From a virus (taxonomy: Duplodnaviria > Caudoviricetes): 31,068 bases of DNA. Below are positions 9,498-18,403 of this stretch, piece by piece. Location of the stretch: positions 1 to 31,068 of the IMG/VR virus record IMGVR_UViG_3300032295_002961. The stretch is one strand, 5' to 3'. Position numbers and translations under genes: made by a program. Position 1 is the stretch's first letter. Every line of letters begins with the position of its first letter. The notes beneath the pieces were generated by a model. That model did no database searches. It was not told the DNA's origin and saw only the letters and a program-made list of their open reading frames with translations.

Positions 9498-9507
9498 TAT
9501 AAATATA
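9498..9507 (-). promoter_or_regulatory. Putative phage promoter motif TATATTTATA
   Basis: 35 nt upstream of the tail-collar ATG, directly after a terminator. Heads the collar/endolysin/RCC1 operon. Confidence 0.6.
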
Positions 9508-9527
9508 CGATAGTTTTAAAATAAACA

Positions 9528-9561
9528 GAAATCGCCAGACGTTTTTACATCTGACGACTTC
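9528..9561 (-). terminator. Terminator hairpin closing the secreted-protein cassette
   Basis: Minus strand GAAGTCGTCAGATGT-aaaa-ACGTCTGGCGATTTC followed by TGTTTATTTT. All three non-Watson-Crick pairs are G-U only on the minus strand. Confidence 0.8.
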
Positions 9562-9592
9562 GTAACTCCTTCTACACATGGCAGATGAGATA

Positions 9593-10579
9593 TTATTGAA
9601 CAACAATCCAATTGGTTCCATTATACCAAAGAGTTCTTGATTGACCCGCAAAAATATTTACGTCCACAGGTGAATCCAAATTCCAAGTTGCCTTGTCAAG
9701 TGTAACCAAGTTTGATGTTGAATTATTACAAATTGTAATGAGTTGTTCATTCTGTGGTGCAACCACTGTATTCAACTCATAATCAAAAGCAACACGAGAT
9801 ACAAAATAACGAACTGTGTTTACGATTGAAGCTGGTGGTGCTGATACGAGTGTGACATGTGAAGTTCTATACTGTGGATTCGTTTCCCAAGAAATACCAT
9901 TAACACCCTTGGTTAAATAAGAACCAACATTAGCAGATGATGAACCATCTAATGAAAAAAGTTTAACAGAATTTCCTGTGAAGTGGCGTGCCTCTAAGAT
10001 GGAATCTTTAATTTGATTCGCAATCTGTGCTGTAATCGTTCTATGTGAAGCAACCGCTGAATCTGCTTTTGTTGCACTGATTGCCGAAGCAGCCAAATCT
10101 GATAGTGTTGAGCGATTTGATACACTAGCAACTGTTGTGGAATCTGCGAACTTAGCACGATGGGCGAAGTTAGCTGTGTCAGCTGTTTTTGCCGTTGCAG
10201 AGGCCGCTGAATTTAGTGTATACTTTGATACTAACGCATACGGAATTTGATGAAATGGTAGTCTACCAACTGTTAGTCCATTTACGTATGAATACACAAA
10301 AAGATTTCCTCTGTTGTTATTCAAAAATACTGTATCTGGAATACCTTTTAGAAGTGCATTAACAATGCCATTCGTAACGGTAACATCCACATTTTCCACA
10401 TACCAAATAGCATCACTATTTAAATATGAAGCCTCATTGAAGGAACTATCAGCTATGTAAGCCGAGAACTTTGAGTTTATTGGTGTTCCGTTTGGAACGT
10501 GTGCTTGAAATTGAATGTCTGTTTGTGCTGAAAGATTTGTTGTGAAGATAACAAAAAATAAAGCAATAAAATAACGCAT
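9593..10579 (-). CDS. Secreted fibre/adhesin-like protein with signal peptide
   Basis: Sec signal MRYFIALFFVIFTTNLSA|QT, then an IQFQA..NG.P N-terminal domain, PYAL, and Ala-rich AxxA repeats (AKTADTANFAHRAKFADS). C-terminal LWYNGTNWIVV. GAGG RBS present. Confidence 0.7.
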   Translation of the reverse strand: MRYFIALFFVIFTTNLSAQTDIQFQAHVPNGTPINSKFSAYIADSSFNEASYLNSDAIWYVENVDVTVTNGIVNALLKGIPDTVFLNNNRGNLFVYSYVNGLTVGRLPFHQIPYALVSKYTLNSAASATAKTADTANFAHRAKFADSTTVASVSNRSTLSDLAASAISATKADSAVASHRTITAQIANQIKDSILEARHFTGNSVKLFSLDGSSSANVGSYLTKGVNGISWETNPQYRTSHVTLVSAPPASIVNTVRYFVSRVAFDYELNTVVAPQNEQLITICNNSTSNLVTLDKATWNLDSPVDVNIFAGQSRTLWYNGTNWIVVQ

Positions 10580-10594
10580 AAATACCTCTAAAAA

Positions 10595-11029
10595 TTAATT
10601 GAAAATAATGTTCGTTGAATAAATTGAATTGTCATTGCCCACAACTTTAATCATAAATACACCACGATGGGGCAAACGCACTGTATTATTTGTCATATCA
10701 ACCGACTCATTAAAATGTCTCCCATACAAATCGGTTACTGATACTGACTTGATTCCAACTGAACTTTTTGCCGTAAAAAATACCAAACCGTCAGTTGGAT
10801 TAGGATAAACAGACGCATCTAAAGTACGTTCTGTGTTTTCTACGGTGGACAATGTTGATTTGTTTGGGGTACGAATACCGACATGGAATCCGTTTGAATA
10901 AGAGGCAACAACTTGTCCAATCGTCGCATTATTGTTACCACCCGTCACTATTCTCTTCAGTAGATGGGGTGATGTCTCATTGGCATAACTGACCACAGTT
11001 GCCAAGAGAAGGGCAATGATTACTTTCAT
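10595..11029 (-). CDS. Small protein with signal peptide and type IX secretion system (Por) type A C-terminal sorting domain
   Basis: Signal MKVIIALLLATVVSYA. CTD pattern SVYPNPT..V..SVSVTDLYGR..LP.RGVFMIKV. GGGAG RBS present. Confidence 0.85.
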   Translation of the reverse strand: MKVIIALLLATVVSYANETSPHLLKRIVTGGNNNATIGQVVASYSNGFHVGIRTPNKSTLSTVENTERTLDASVYPNPTDGLVFFTAKSSVGIKSVSVTDLYGRHFNESVDMTNNTVRLPHRGVFMIKVVGNDNSIYSTNIIFN

Positions 11030-11083
11030 TGTAAATACTCCCTGTAATTAATGATAAAAACTTTATGTAATCTCTTTACACTG

Positions 11084-11114
11084 CAAATATACAAAAAATT
11101 TATTTAATATGCAA
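11084..11114 (-). promoter_or_regulatory. Bacteroidota-type housekeeping promoter (-33 TTG / -7 TAnnTTTG)
   Basis: Minus strand TTG-N20-TATATTTG in the intergenic gap upstream of 11029. Confidence 0.75.
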
Positions 11115-11122
11115 GCAAAAAA

Positions 11123-11455
11123 TTAACCATTCGGATTAGCGTCTCTAATTTTTTCTTTTATCCAATTATAAGCGTTTGACGAATGTGTATTTACTTTCCA
11201 CTTATTAACAGTCTTATAGTCTACGTCAGTTATGCCAAATGGCTTTACGTCTGATATTCTCACTGTCTCACCTGTTTCAAATTGAATATGCCATGCACAA
11301 CTTTCTATACCATCGAATTCATCACCATTAACAGTAGAAAACGATGGTTGACCAAACGCTTTTATGAGATGTCTGTGTTCGCACTCTATGACGCCCATTT
11401 GTGGAGCCATTTTTATTTGTATTTCTTTACCTACTCGGTGTTTTGGATAATTCAT
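11123..11455 (-). CDS. Hypothetical phage protein
   Basis: Start revised to ATG 11455 (MNYPKH) with GAGG RBS. LIKAFGQP..W.IQF..G..I.D.K..W pattern recalls small phage proteins. Confidence 0.7.
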   Translation of the reverse strand: MNYPKHRVGKEIQIKMAPQMGVIECEHRHLIKAFGQPSFSTVNGDEFDGIESCAWHIQFETGETVRISDVKPFGITDVDYKTVNKWKVNTHSSNAYNWIKEKIRDANPNG

Positions 11456-11468
11456 AATAACCTCTTTG

Positions 11469-11660
11469 TTATTTATTTTTATAGTCTGTCTCATAAAAAC
11501 CATTACCATTTAAAATTGGTTTTGACGTACTAAATGATTGTATCTTTTCTAATTCACAAGTTTTACCACATCTACAATTTTTTGGAGTAGACGATATTAA
11601 TGGAACGTAATATTCATGTATTTGGTTACAAGACTTACACTTAAAATCATAAATAGGCAT
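11469..11660 (-). CDS. FmdB-family zinc-ribbon protein
   Basis: MPIYDFKCKSC..CRCG..S..G.GFYETDYK signature. GGAGG RBS present. Confidence 0.88.
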   Translation of the reverse strand: MPIYDFKCKSCNQIHEYYVPLISSTPKNCRCGKTCELEKIQSFSTSKPILNGNGFYETDYKNK

Positions 11661-11839
11661 CAGATTCCTCCGAAAACATTATTTATAATCATGTTAATAA
11701 AATATATCCCAATTCCTATTGGAAGCCCAAATACAACAGTGAGTAGTATAATACCAATTGCATATAAAAGATATATTATGGGCGTAACAATTCCAGCTGC
11801 AATAAATTCTATTATTTTATCAATCATATATTTTTTCAC
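11660..11839 (-). CDS. Small membrane protein, absent from the ORF track
   Basis: Read by hand: (V)KKYMIDKIIEFIAAGIVTPIIYLLYAIGIILLTVVFGLPIGIGIYFINMIINNVFGGI*. GTG 11839 overlaps the upstream stop (alternative ATG 11827), and its TGA overlaps the next ATG. Confidence 0.75.
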   Translation of the reverse strand: MKKYMIDKIIEFIAAGIVTPIIYLLYAIGIILLTVVFGLPIGIGIYFINMIINNVFGGI

Positions 11840-12135
11840 ATAATTTTTGTAACATTATCTACTAACTGTTTATAGTTTACATTTTTTAAATTTATAGTTT
11901 TTCTTATAAGATATAGTTCTGATTTTTTAAATTCAGTTTTAAAAAACTGTTCAATGTAACGTTTTAATAGGGGGGCTATCGCTAAAGCAAATTCATCTTC
12001 ATCCCTTTCAACGTCATGCGTATAGTTGAACAATAGCAACTCAGCATCTATGGTTTGAAATATTTTTTGCTTTAACGAGTCATTTAATGTTATAATATCT
12101 ATAACGGTTCTTGTATCGAAATTCATTTTATTCAA
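11836..12135 (-). CDS. Hypothetical protein
   Basis: 99-aa ORF with 4-nt overlaps to both neighbours. Confidence 0.7.
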   Translation of the reverse strand: MNKMNFDTRTVIDIITLNDSLKQKIFQTIDAELLLFNYTHDVERDEDEFALAIAPLLKRYIEQFFKTEFKKSELYLIRKTINLKNVNYKQLVDNVTKIM

Positions 12136-12371
12136 TGATCTTCCAAAGTTTTTAAATAATCTACGTATTCATCTATATCAACATTCTTAGTCAAATAGTG
12201 ATAACATATTATTTTTAATTGATCGTCCGTAACCTTTCTTTTTTTAGCCTCTTGACGATCCTTTTTACTTATAACTATATGATTACCATTACTACAATAA
12301 ATCGTATTCCCATTCACAAATAAAAATTGATCTCGTTCTTCAATACGATCTACCTTATTCATCTTCATCAT
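12132..12371 (-). CDS. Hypothetical protein
   Basis: 79-aa ORF in the operon. The true start may be one of the next Met codons. Confidence 0.65.
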   Translation of the reverse strand: MMKMNKVDRIEERDQFLFVNGNTIYCSNGNHIVISKKDRQEAKKRKVTDDQLKIICYHYLTKNVDIDEYVDYLKTLEDH

Positions 12372-12990
12372 TTACTTCTTCACCTTCATTAAAATCAAAA
12401 TCATCGTCACGAAAATCATTGCCTTCTAAATCATTATCGTCGTATTCGTAGTCTAATTCTTCTTCTTCAACATCGTCCCAATCATCCATATCTTCATCGT
12501 CATATCCATAGTCATCATCATAATCTTTATTACCAGCCATTTTATCATCTCCGTTTGTGGTATTAAAATACTTGATATAACCAGATGCAGCTCTTAAATA
12601 ATTTTCAGCTATAGTTACCTTATATTGAAGCCAATCTTCAAATACATCAGTTTCATCTATCATGTGATATAATCTATTTGCATTATCCATTATAGAACGA
12701 AGTTGTGCTTTCATCATCACACCTTCACCCTCTGTATGATCTCCCCATTTTCTACCTTCTTTTATTTTTGCTTCAATAAGTTTTGTTAAATTTTTTATAT
12801 GAATGTATTTTTTGTTTAGTTCATTTATTTCTTTTTTGTTCTTTGACTCTAACATTTTTCTTTTCAATTTGGAAGAGGTATTAACAGCTTCATATAACGC
12901 CCTATCCAATTTTTTTCTTTTTATCCTGTTCTTTTCTTCAGTAATCGCATTTTTTATTTCACTGATTATAAACTTTTTTAGGTCTTTCAT
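12355..12990 (-). CDS. Hypothetical phage protein with basic N-terminus, EGxMxKxQL..WLQxKVT.A..Y helical domain and very acidic tail
   Basis: Start revised to ATG 12990 (MKDLKK) with GGAG 7 nt upstream. The last ~55 aa are dominated by D/E. Confidence 0.75.
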   Translation of the reverse strand: MKDLKKFIISEIKNAITEEKNRIKRKKLDRALYEAVNTSSKLKRKMLESKNKKEINELNKKYIHIKNLTKLIEAKIKEGRKWGDHTEGEGVMMKAQLRSIMDNANRLYHMIDETDVFEDWLQYKVTIAENYLRAASGYIKYFNTTNGDDKMAGNKDYDDDYGYDDEDMDDWDDVEEEELDYEYDDNDLEGNDFRDDDFDFNEGEEVNDEDE

Positions 12991-13060
12991 TTTTAACTCC
13001 GAATACATTCAAGACGTATTAAATGTAATATAATAAATTTATGCAAATTTTCCAAGCAAT

Positions 13061-13663
13061 TTATTTTTTTTCAGTTTCTTCAGATTCACCTCTTGGTGAT
13101 TTCTCAGCAGACTTAAACTTTAACGGTGTTCTTATCTTTTTATATGTATCTAAGTCTACGGTCGGTTCGTAATCTTTTTGTGATATTCTCGTGTCTATAT
13201 CTATAAATGAATCTAAGAACTTATCCTTTTCTTTTGGTGCAACCGATTTTTTATCCATACGTGGCTCTACCGCATCAACGTAGTCTTGTCTTTGCTTATC
13301 ACTTGTAGGTTGACTTATTTTTTTCTTGAGTTTAGCAGTATCTTTTGGGGTCCATGTTGTAACCCTATGTCCAAAAACATCTTCTGTCATTCTTATAATT
13401 GTCTGTTTTATTTCTTCTATTTGTTGCTCAAATTTATTAAGCCAAGTTGTATCGTATGGTTTTTTATATTCATTCATAATCGTTTCAGATTTGTTATACG
13501 TATCGTTTTTTATTTTATTGTATATCGTAATTAATTCAGTCTCAGTCATATCATCCAAATGGGACTTACCTACTAATTTTTTACACCAAAACATGAATTT
13601 TTTATCACCATCCCACGATATTCCCATTTTTTTAGCTATTTTATGTATATCGGTTGGTTTCAT
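13061..13663 (-). CDS. Hypothetical phage protein
   Basis: 200-aa ORF, ATGA-coupled. N-terminal IHKIAKKMGISWDGDKKFM.W.K..GKSHLDDM domain. Confidence 0.72.
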   Translation of the reverse strand: MKPTDIHKIAKKMGISWDGDKKFMFWCKKLVGKSHLDDMTETELITIYNKIKNDTYNKSETIMNEYKKPYDTTWLNKFEQQIEEIKQTIIRMTEDVFGHRVTTWTPKDTAKLKKKISQPTSDKQRQDYVDAVEPRMDKKSVAPKEKDKFLDSFIDIDTRISQKDYEPTVDLDTYKKIRTPLKFKSAEKSPRGESEETEKK

Positions 13664-13848
13664 TTTTTCGTATACGGAAACAAGTCATTTAATTTTTGTC
13701 TACGCTTATTGCAACCACAATCATCTTTACCAATAGTGTGTGCAACTGATTCAGCAACTTTATCCAAACCCAATGTAGTTGTTATTTTAGCTACAGTATC
13801 TCCCAATCCAACTGATCGTTCTGAATTATTTTTTTCTAATTCACTCAT
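13660..13848 (-). CDS. Small phage protein with GLGDTV and CGC motifs
   Basis: SVGLGDTVAKIT..G..DDCGCNKRRQKLN.LFPY is a pattern I recall from uncharacterised phage proteins. Confidence 0.75.
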   Translation of the reverse strand: MSELEKNNSERSVGLGDTVAKITTTLGLDKVAESVAHTIGKDDCGCNKRRQKLNDLFPYTKK

Positions 13849-13856
13849 AAATCGCC

Positions 13857-14213
13857 TTAATTTAAAGTTAATAAATAACGTAGTTTATTAAATAGTGCCA
13901 TCATTTCGTCTCTTATATTTAAAAGGTCTGTATCACCATTCGGATCTAATTCATTAGATAGTGATATTAGATAACCAATAGTCTCATCGATAAATGTTAC
14001 AGCATCCTTTTCATTTCTGTTGTATATTTTCATAGGCATTGCTGGAACTCTTCCATATTTACCCATTAAGATTTCTACGAACCCATCTATCAAACCATCC
14101 ATATCTTCATATGCTTTACCAAATGCTTCGTGACGAGCATATGATTTTGTTTGCCAATGAAAAAACTTTAATTGAATTTGAATTTCTATCAATTTACTTG
14201 CTACACCATGCAT
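13857..14213 (-). CDS. Ferritin/Dps-like four-helix protein (DUF5856-like)
   Basis: HWQTKSYARHEAFGKAYE..IDGFVE..GKYGR..LLNIRDE..YLLTL. AGGAGA RBS present. Confidence 0.8.
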   Translation of the reverse strand: MHGVASKLIEIQIQLKFFHWQTKSYARHEAFGKAYEDMDGLIDGFVEILMGKYGRVPAMPMKIYNRNEKDAVTFIDETIGYLISLSNELDPNGDTDLLNIRDEMMALFNKLRYLLTLN

Positions 14214-14246
14214 CTAACATCTCCTAAAATAAAATAAGATATATTC

Positions 14247-14256
14247 TATAAATATA
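14247..14256 (-). promoter_or_regulatory. Putative phage promoter motif TATATTTATA
   Basis: 33 nt upstream of ATG 14213 in the intergenic gap. Confidence 0.6.
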
Positions 14257-14282
14257 TGAATTATTACTAAAACTATAAAAAA

Positions 14283-15023
14283 TTAAAGATTTACATATTC
14301 TCCGCGTTTAGTATGAATCCTAAATCCTAATTGGTCTATAAACGATGCTTTACATTGACCAATTATATTATTAAAATGACAACCCCCAATATACTTATAC
14401 GTTTGACCAAATACATCTGCATCCAAATTTGCAGTTTTTGGTGAAGGGAACTGAACATCATAGTTTATAAAAACATTTCTTCTGAATGTTACTTGTGAAC
14501 TATCCACCTTATTTCTAGGATTAATTTCTTCGGTGTTTTTATTGATAAAATCTAAAGATCTTTTAGAATTATTATCTATTTTTGAAGCTTTATCGTAAGT
14601 CTCGTTATCTGGATTATAGAATAATACATGACAATATGACCACATAATACTATCATTCTCATTGTAGAATGTATTCAATTCACTCATATAATTTTTAGTT
14701 AATGCGTCATCATCACATAAAATTATTATAATATCAGAGTGTATTCGTTGTATTGCATCATTTATGAATGAACCAAAAATAGATCCACCAACTTTAACTT
14801 TTTCGTCATCACTCATTCCTATTGAAATGTATTCGGAATTTTCATTTTTAAAACCGTATTTGTTAAATATTTCTTCAAACCCTCGATTTCCAGAGTCATC
14901 TATAAAGGTTAAAAACCAATTATCATAGTTAGATTTCAAAACGGATGTAAGTGCGTTTGAGACCAATTTTTGACGCTTATAATACGGTAAAATTATATGG
15001 AATTTTAAATTATTCATACTCAT
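14283..15023 (-). CDS. Glycosyltransferase family 2
   Basis: IILPYYKR..ALTSVLKSNYDNW..IDDS and LCDDD (DxD-like) motifs. Confidence 0.82.
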   Translation of the reverse strand: MSMNNLKFHIILPYYKRQKLVSNALTSVLKSNYDNWFLTFIDDSGNRGFEEIFNKYGFKNENSEYISIGMSDDEKVKVGGSIFGSFINDAIQRIHSDIIIILCDDDALTKNYMSELNTFYNENDSIMWSYCHVLFYNPDNETYDKASKIDNNSKRSLDFINKNTEEINPRNKVDSSQVTFRRNVFINYDVQFPSPKTANLDADVFGQTYKYIGGCHFNNIIGQCKASFIDQLGFRIHTKRGEYVNL

Positions 15024-16293
15024 TTTTTAAAATAGACATAACTATTGAATCTACCCACACATCACCTTTTTTAATTTCCTGCCTTTTTATACCTTCTGTT
15101 TTGAATCCTAACTTTTCATATAAACTTATAGCAACAGTATTTGTTGCTAATACTTCTAAACTTATTTTATTTAAATCATATTCTTCAAAAAGAAATGGTA
15201 TAAATTTCTTATAAGCTGCTTTACCATAACCACGCCCTTTGAAATCAGATGATATATCAGCACCAATATAAATATTTTTATTATAAATTGAATGATTTGA
15301 CAGTCTGAAATATCCAATAGGTTGTTCATTCAATTCTATAATATAAAAGTTCGGACTATATTTTTCAAACCAATCAATACTCTCATCTAAAGTAAATGTT
15401 CTGCTATCATGTAAATACTCCGCGGCATATTCATTTCTAACAATATTGATGAATTCTAAGTCATTTCTATTAATTTTTCTAAAATCCATAGTATCGGAAA
15501 TCGATTGATAGTTTGGTGGTAATTCTAAAATTGGGGTAATTAATCGTAGCCCATCTTCATTACCATATAGCTTAACAACAGAACTTGGTTGACCTTTATT
15601 GATGTCTAAATACAATGAATAGTTTTCCTCAGTAATATCCTTTATCCCATAGCCAAATTCTTTAGTAAAATAATCTAAGAATAAAACTTGATTTGTTTCC
15701 GCTGAACCAGCGATATAGTCTTTGGAATCTGTTGATGACACTAATTTGAAAATATTTTTATGTTTTTCATAAACTTCCCTACATCTATAATAGTCTATGA
15801 ATCCATTTGATATTCCAGCATGTTTAATTTTATTGATAGTATCATAATATTGGCATACATATGCTGTATGATCATCAAACATTTTTATAAAATGTTCATG
15901 GAAATTAGTTGAGGATGGTATGTAGTCGTCTTCAATTAAAAATGCATACCTTGATTCCGAATCCAAATTATCTATTAATGCATGATTCCAAGCGCCATAT
16001 GAATAATCGATATTGTCTCTGAATATAACTTTATAATTACTAAGATTACTTTCTGATAGTAATTTTTTTATCATTTTTTCGTCTTCGTCAGATATTCCAT
16101 TTATTGCAAATATTATTCTATTTATTTCAGAAGTGTTCTTTATTTTATCTAAGAACTCGATATGTCTTTTTACAAAACCATATCTATCACCTTTAGACAA
16201 CAGATTCGTCAATGGCATTCTTCTGTTACCGAAATAAAAGCAAACAATATAGTCAAACATTGGTTTTTCCTTTAAAATTAATATATCAGTCAA
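15010..16293 (-). CDS. Fusion of a GT-A-like N-terminal domain and a C-terminal GNAT N-acetyltransferase (RimL/PseH-like)
   Basis: N-terminal NIDYSYGAW..AFLIEDDY. C-terminal IGYFRL..FKGRGYGK..LNKISLEVLATN..AISLYEKLGF..EG. Confidence 0.8.
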   Translation of the reverse strand: MTDILILKEKPMFDYIVCFYFGNRRMPLTNLLSKGDRYGFVKRHIEFLDKIKNTSEINRIIFAINGISDEDEKMIKKLLSESNLSNYKVIFRDNIDYSYGAWNHALIDNLDSESRYAFLIEDDYIPSSTNFHEHFIKMFDDHTAYVCQYYDTINKIKHAGISNGFIDYYRCREVYEKHKNIFKLVSSTDSKDYIAGSAETNQVLFLDYFTKEFGYGIKDITEENYSLYLDINKGQPSSVVKLYGNEDGLRLITPILELPPNYQSISDTMDFRKINRNDLEFINIVRNEYAAEYLHDSRTFTLDESIDWFEKYSPNFYIIELNEQPIGYFRLSNHSIYNKNIYIGADISSDFKGRGYGKAAYKKFIPFLFEEYDLNKISLEVLATNTVAISLYEKLGFKTEGIKRQEIKKGDVWVDSIVMSILKNEYE

Positions 16294-17227
16294 TTATGTG
16301 AAGTTGTTCAAACCACAGGGAATGAAAATTAACATCTTTATTAATAACAGTTTTCCAATTATCATATATTGGATACATATGATAATTCATTTCTAAGTCA
16401 TTATATCTTTGTTGTGTATAAAACATATTTGATAATCTATTTATTCGTTCATAATAGTTACTAACTTGAAACAGACTCATTTCTTGAAAGGAAGCTACAT
16501 TTATTGTTAGGTCAAAGCATTTATCTTCAAACTTTTCTAAATAATGTGGTGTATAGAAATAAAGTCCAGGGTTCGATATAAAGTCACTTTTTGTTTTAAA
16601 TCGTTTATTTTTTGTTTTATCATAATCAAAAAATTTAGTGTGATTAACATTTTGTCTCAAATACTCGTGAGATGTTATCAACACATGCGGTATATCAAAA
16701 ATACTATATGTTGCTTTGTTATTAATTTGTGTTAAATAGTATCCAATCCTACCCCAGCCAGCACCAATTTCACAAATAGATATTGAGCCTTCTACTATGT
16801 TTGGATTAAATTCTGCAATGGTTTGTATAGTATCTATAGTTATGAGATAGTCCCAATTTAATAATCGTTCATTACCACGATATGGTCTTCCTACTATATC
16901 AGATTGTTTGTAGTCATATTGCAATTTATGAGTTGGAAGAGCTTTTGTTTTTTCTAATAGGTTAAACGTATCTTTCGATTTTAAGAAATTATAGTACAAT
17001 TCAAGTGGTATTTCGTGTAATAAATTGTTAAAATCAAGTACATATGAATAAAGTGAATTGAATTCGAATTCACCTTGAATACTATCAAGACCTTTATTTT
17101 CAATTATTGTATTAAGATCGTTAGATATTCTTTTCCAAATAACGTCACTTGCTTTATAAAAATCAATATCGTTAAGTGATTCGTCTTTTAGCATACGTTT
17201 AAATATTTTTTGCTGTTTGGGTGTCAT
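16286..17227 (-). CDS. Putative sugar O-methyltransferase (SAM-dependent)
   Basis: ICEIGAGWGRIGY, YSIFDIP..L..S..YL and FDLTINVASFQEM..V..Y. Confidence 0.8.
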   Translation of the reverse strand: MTPKQQKIFKRMLKDESLNDIDFYKASDVIWKRISNDLNTIIENKGLDSIQGEFEFNSLYSYVLDFNNLLHEIPLELYYNFLKSKDTFNLLEKTKALPTHKLQYDYKQSDIVGRPYRGNERLLNWDYLITIDTIQTIAEFNPNIVEGSISICEIGAGWGRIGYYLTQINNKATYSIFDIPHVLITSHEYLRQNVNHTKFFDYDKTKNKRFKTKSDFISNPGLYFYTPHYLEKFEDKCFDLTINVASFQEMSLFQVSNYYERINRLSNMFYTQQRYNDLEMNYHMYPIYDNWKTVINKDVNFHSLWFEQLHIID

Positions 17228-17228
17228 A

Positions 17229-18368
17229 TTACCAACCCTGTTTGATACAGTCTACTATGTATTCACGTTGTTCCTGTGTAACCCACCAACCTACTGGTAT
17301 CGAAACAACTTTACCAATGGTTCTGTCTAAAGTAGGTAATGGTGTTTTATATTCTTTAACACAAGTATGTTTATCATTTCTTTCATGCACTTGAGAAGAA
17401 ACTATACCGCATTCACGCATCCAAGTATAAAAGTTATCTCTGTCTTCTACCAACATACTGTATATCCAAAATGCAGACTCTCTATCATCATGTCTTTTTA
17501 ATAATTTTAAACCTTGAATATCCTTTAAATTATCATCATAATATTTTGCGTTTGATTGATGTTTACTTACTATCTTATTGACATGCTTAAAATTTTCCAT
17601 ACCAATCGTTGCACATACATCATTCATATGAAATTTAAAACCCCATTCCAAAATATCAGCTTCGCATCTGAAATCTTTTCTATTGGAGTTTCTGTCTATT
17701 CCATACCAGCGAATTAATTTAGATCTATCATACAATTCTTGATGTGGTAGTAATAATAATCCACCGTCAACTGCTGTTATATGTTTTATGGCCTGTAGGC
17801 TGTACATAACCATATTTCCATGATTACCCAAATACTTTCCTTTGTATTTGGAACCGAAAGAATGGGCACCATCCTCGATTACCGCTGGCTTAAACCCATA
17901 CATTTCATTGCACATATTTTGTATTTCTTTTATTCTGTCCAAATCATTCGGATAACCACCCCAATGTACTAACATTATTACTTTTGTTTTTGGAGATATT
18001 TTTCTAGCCAAGTCATCCAAATCTACATTTAAGGTTTCTTCGTCTACATCAACCCATTTTATTTTTAAATTATTTGCCAATATTGGAAAATTGGAAGCTG
18101 TGCATGTTAGGGACGTTGCTAAAACTTCATCACCATCCTCTAATCCTGGCCAATTTCCATTTTTCTTTCTAAGAAGATGTAAAGCCAAATGTAATCCACT
18201 AGTCCCAGAATTCAATGTGACCAAATAATCGTGATTAAAAAAGTCTTTTAATTGTGTCTCGAACTGTTCTACCTTTTCACCCTGTCCAATATACCCACTA
18301 TTTAAAACTTTTGCGGTCTCTTCAGCAGCTGTTTCTGCCATAAATACTTTAAATAAATCTATTGCCAT
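17229..18368 (-). CDS. DegT/DnrJ/EryC1/StrS family PLP-dependent NDP-sugar aminotransferase
   Basis: NSGTSGLHLAL, VHWGGYP, IEDGAHSFG, SLQAIKHIT.VDGG (PLP lysine) and GFKFHMND. Confidence 0.93.
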   Translation of the reverse strand: MAIDLFKVFMAETAAEETAKVLNSGYIGQGEKVEQFETQLKDFFNHDYLVTLNSGTSGLHLALHLLRKKNGNWPGLEDGDEVLATSLTCTASNFPILANNLKIKWVDVDEETLNVDLDDLARKISPKTKVIMLVHWGGYPNDLDRIKEIQNMCNEMYGFKPAVIEDGAHSFGSKYKGKYLGNHGNMVMYSLQAIKHITAVDGGLLLLPHQELYDRSKLIRWYGIDRNSNRKDFRCEADILEWGFKFHMNDVCATIGMENFKHVNKIVSKHQSNAKYYDDNLKDIQGLKLLKRHDDRESAFWIYSMLVEDRDNFYTWMRECGIVSSQVHERNDKHTCVKEYKTPLPTLDRTIGKVVSIPVGWWVTQEQREYIVDCIKQGW

Positions 18369-18403
18369 ACAATATCTCCAAATAATCTGATTTTAGTAAT
18401 ATA

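Noticed and set aside
13009-13060. Possible promoter upstream of 12990 (minus strand TTG...TACATTTA)
   Set aside because: It matches neither motif class well and the spacing is off. Too weak to call in AT-rich DNA.
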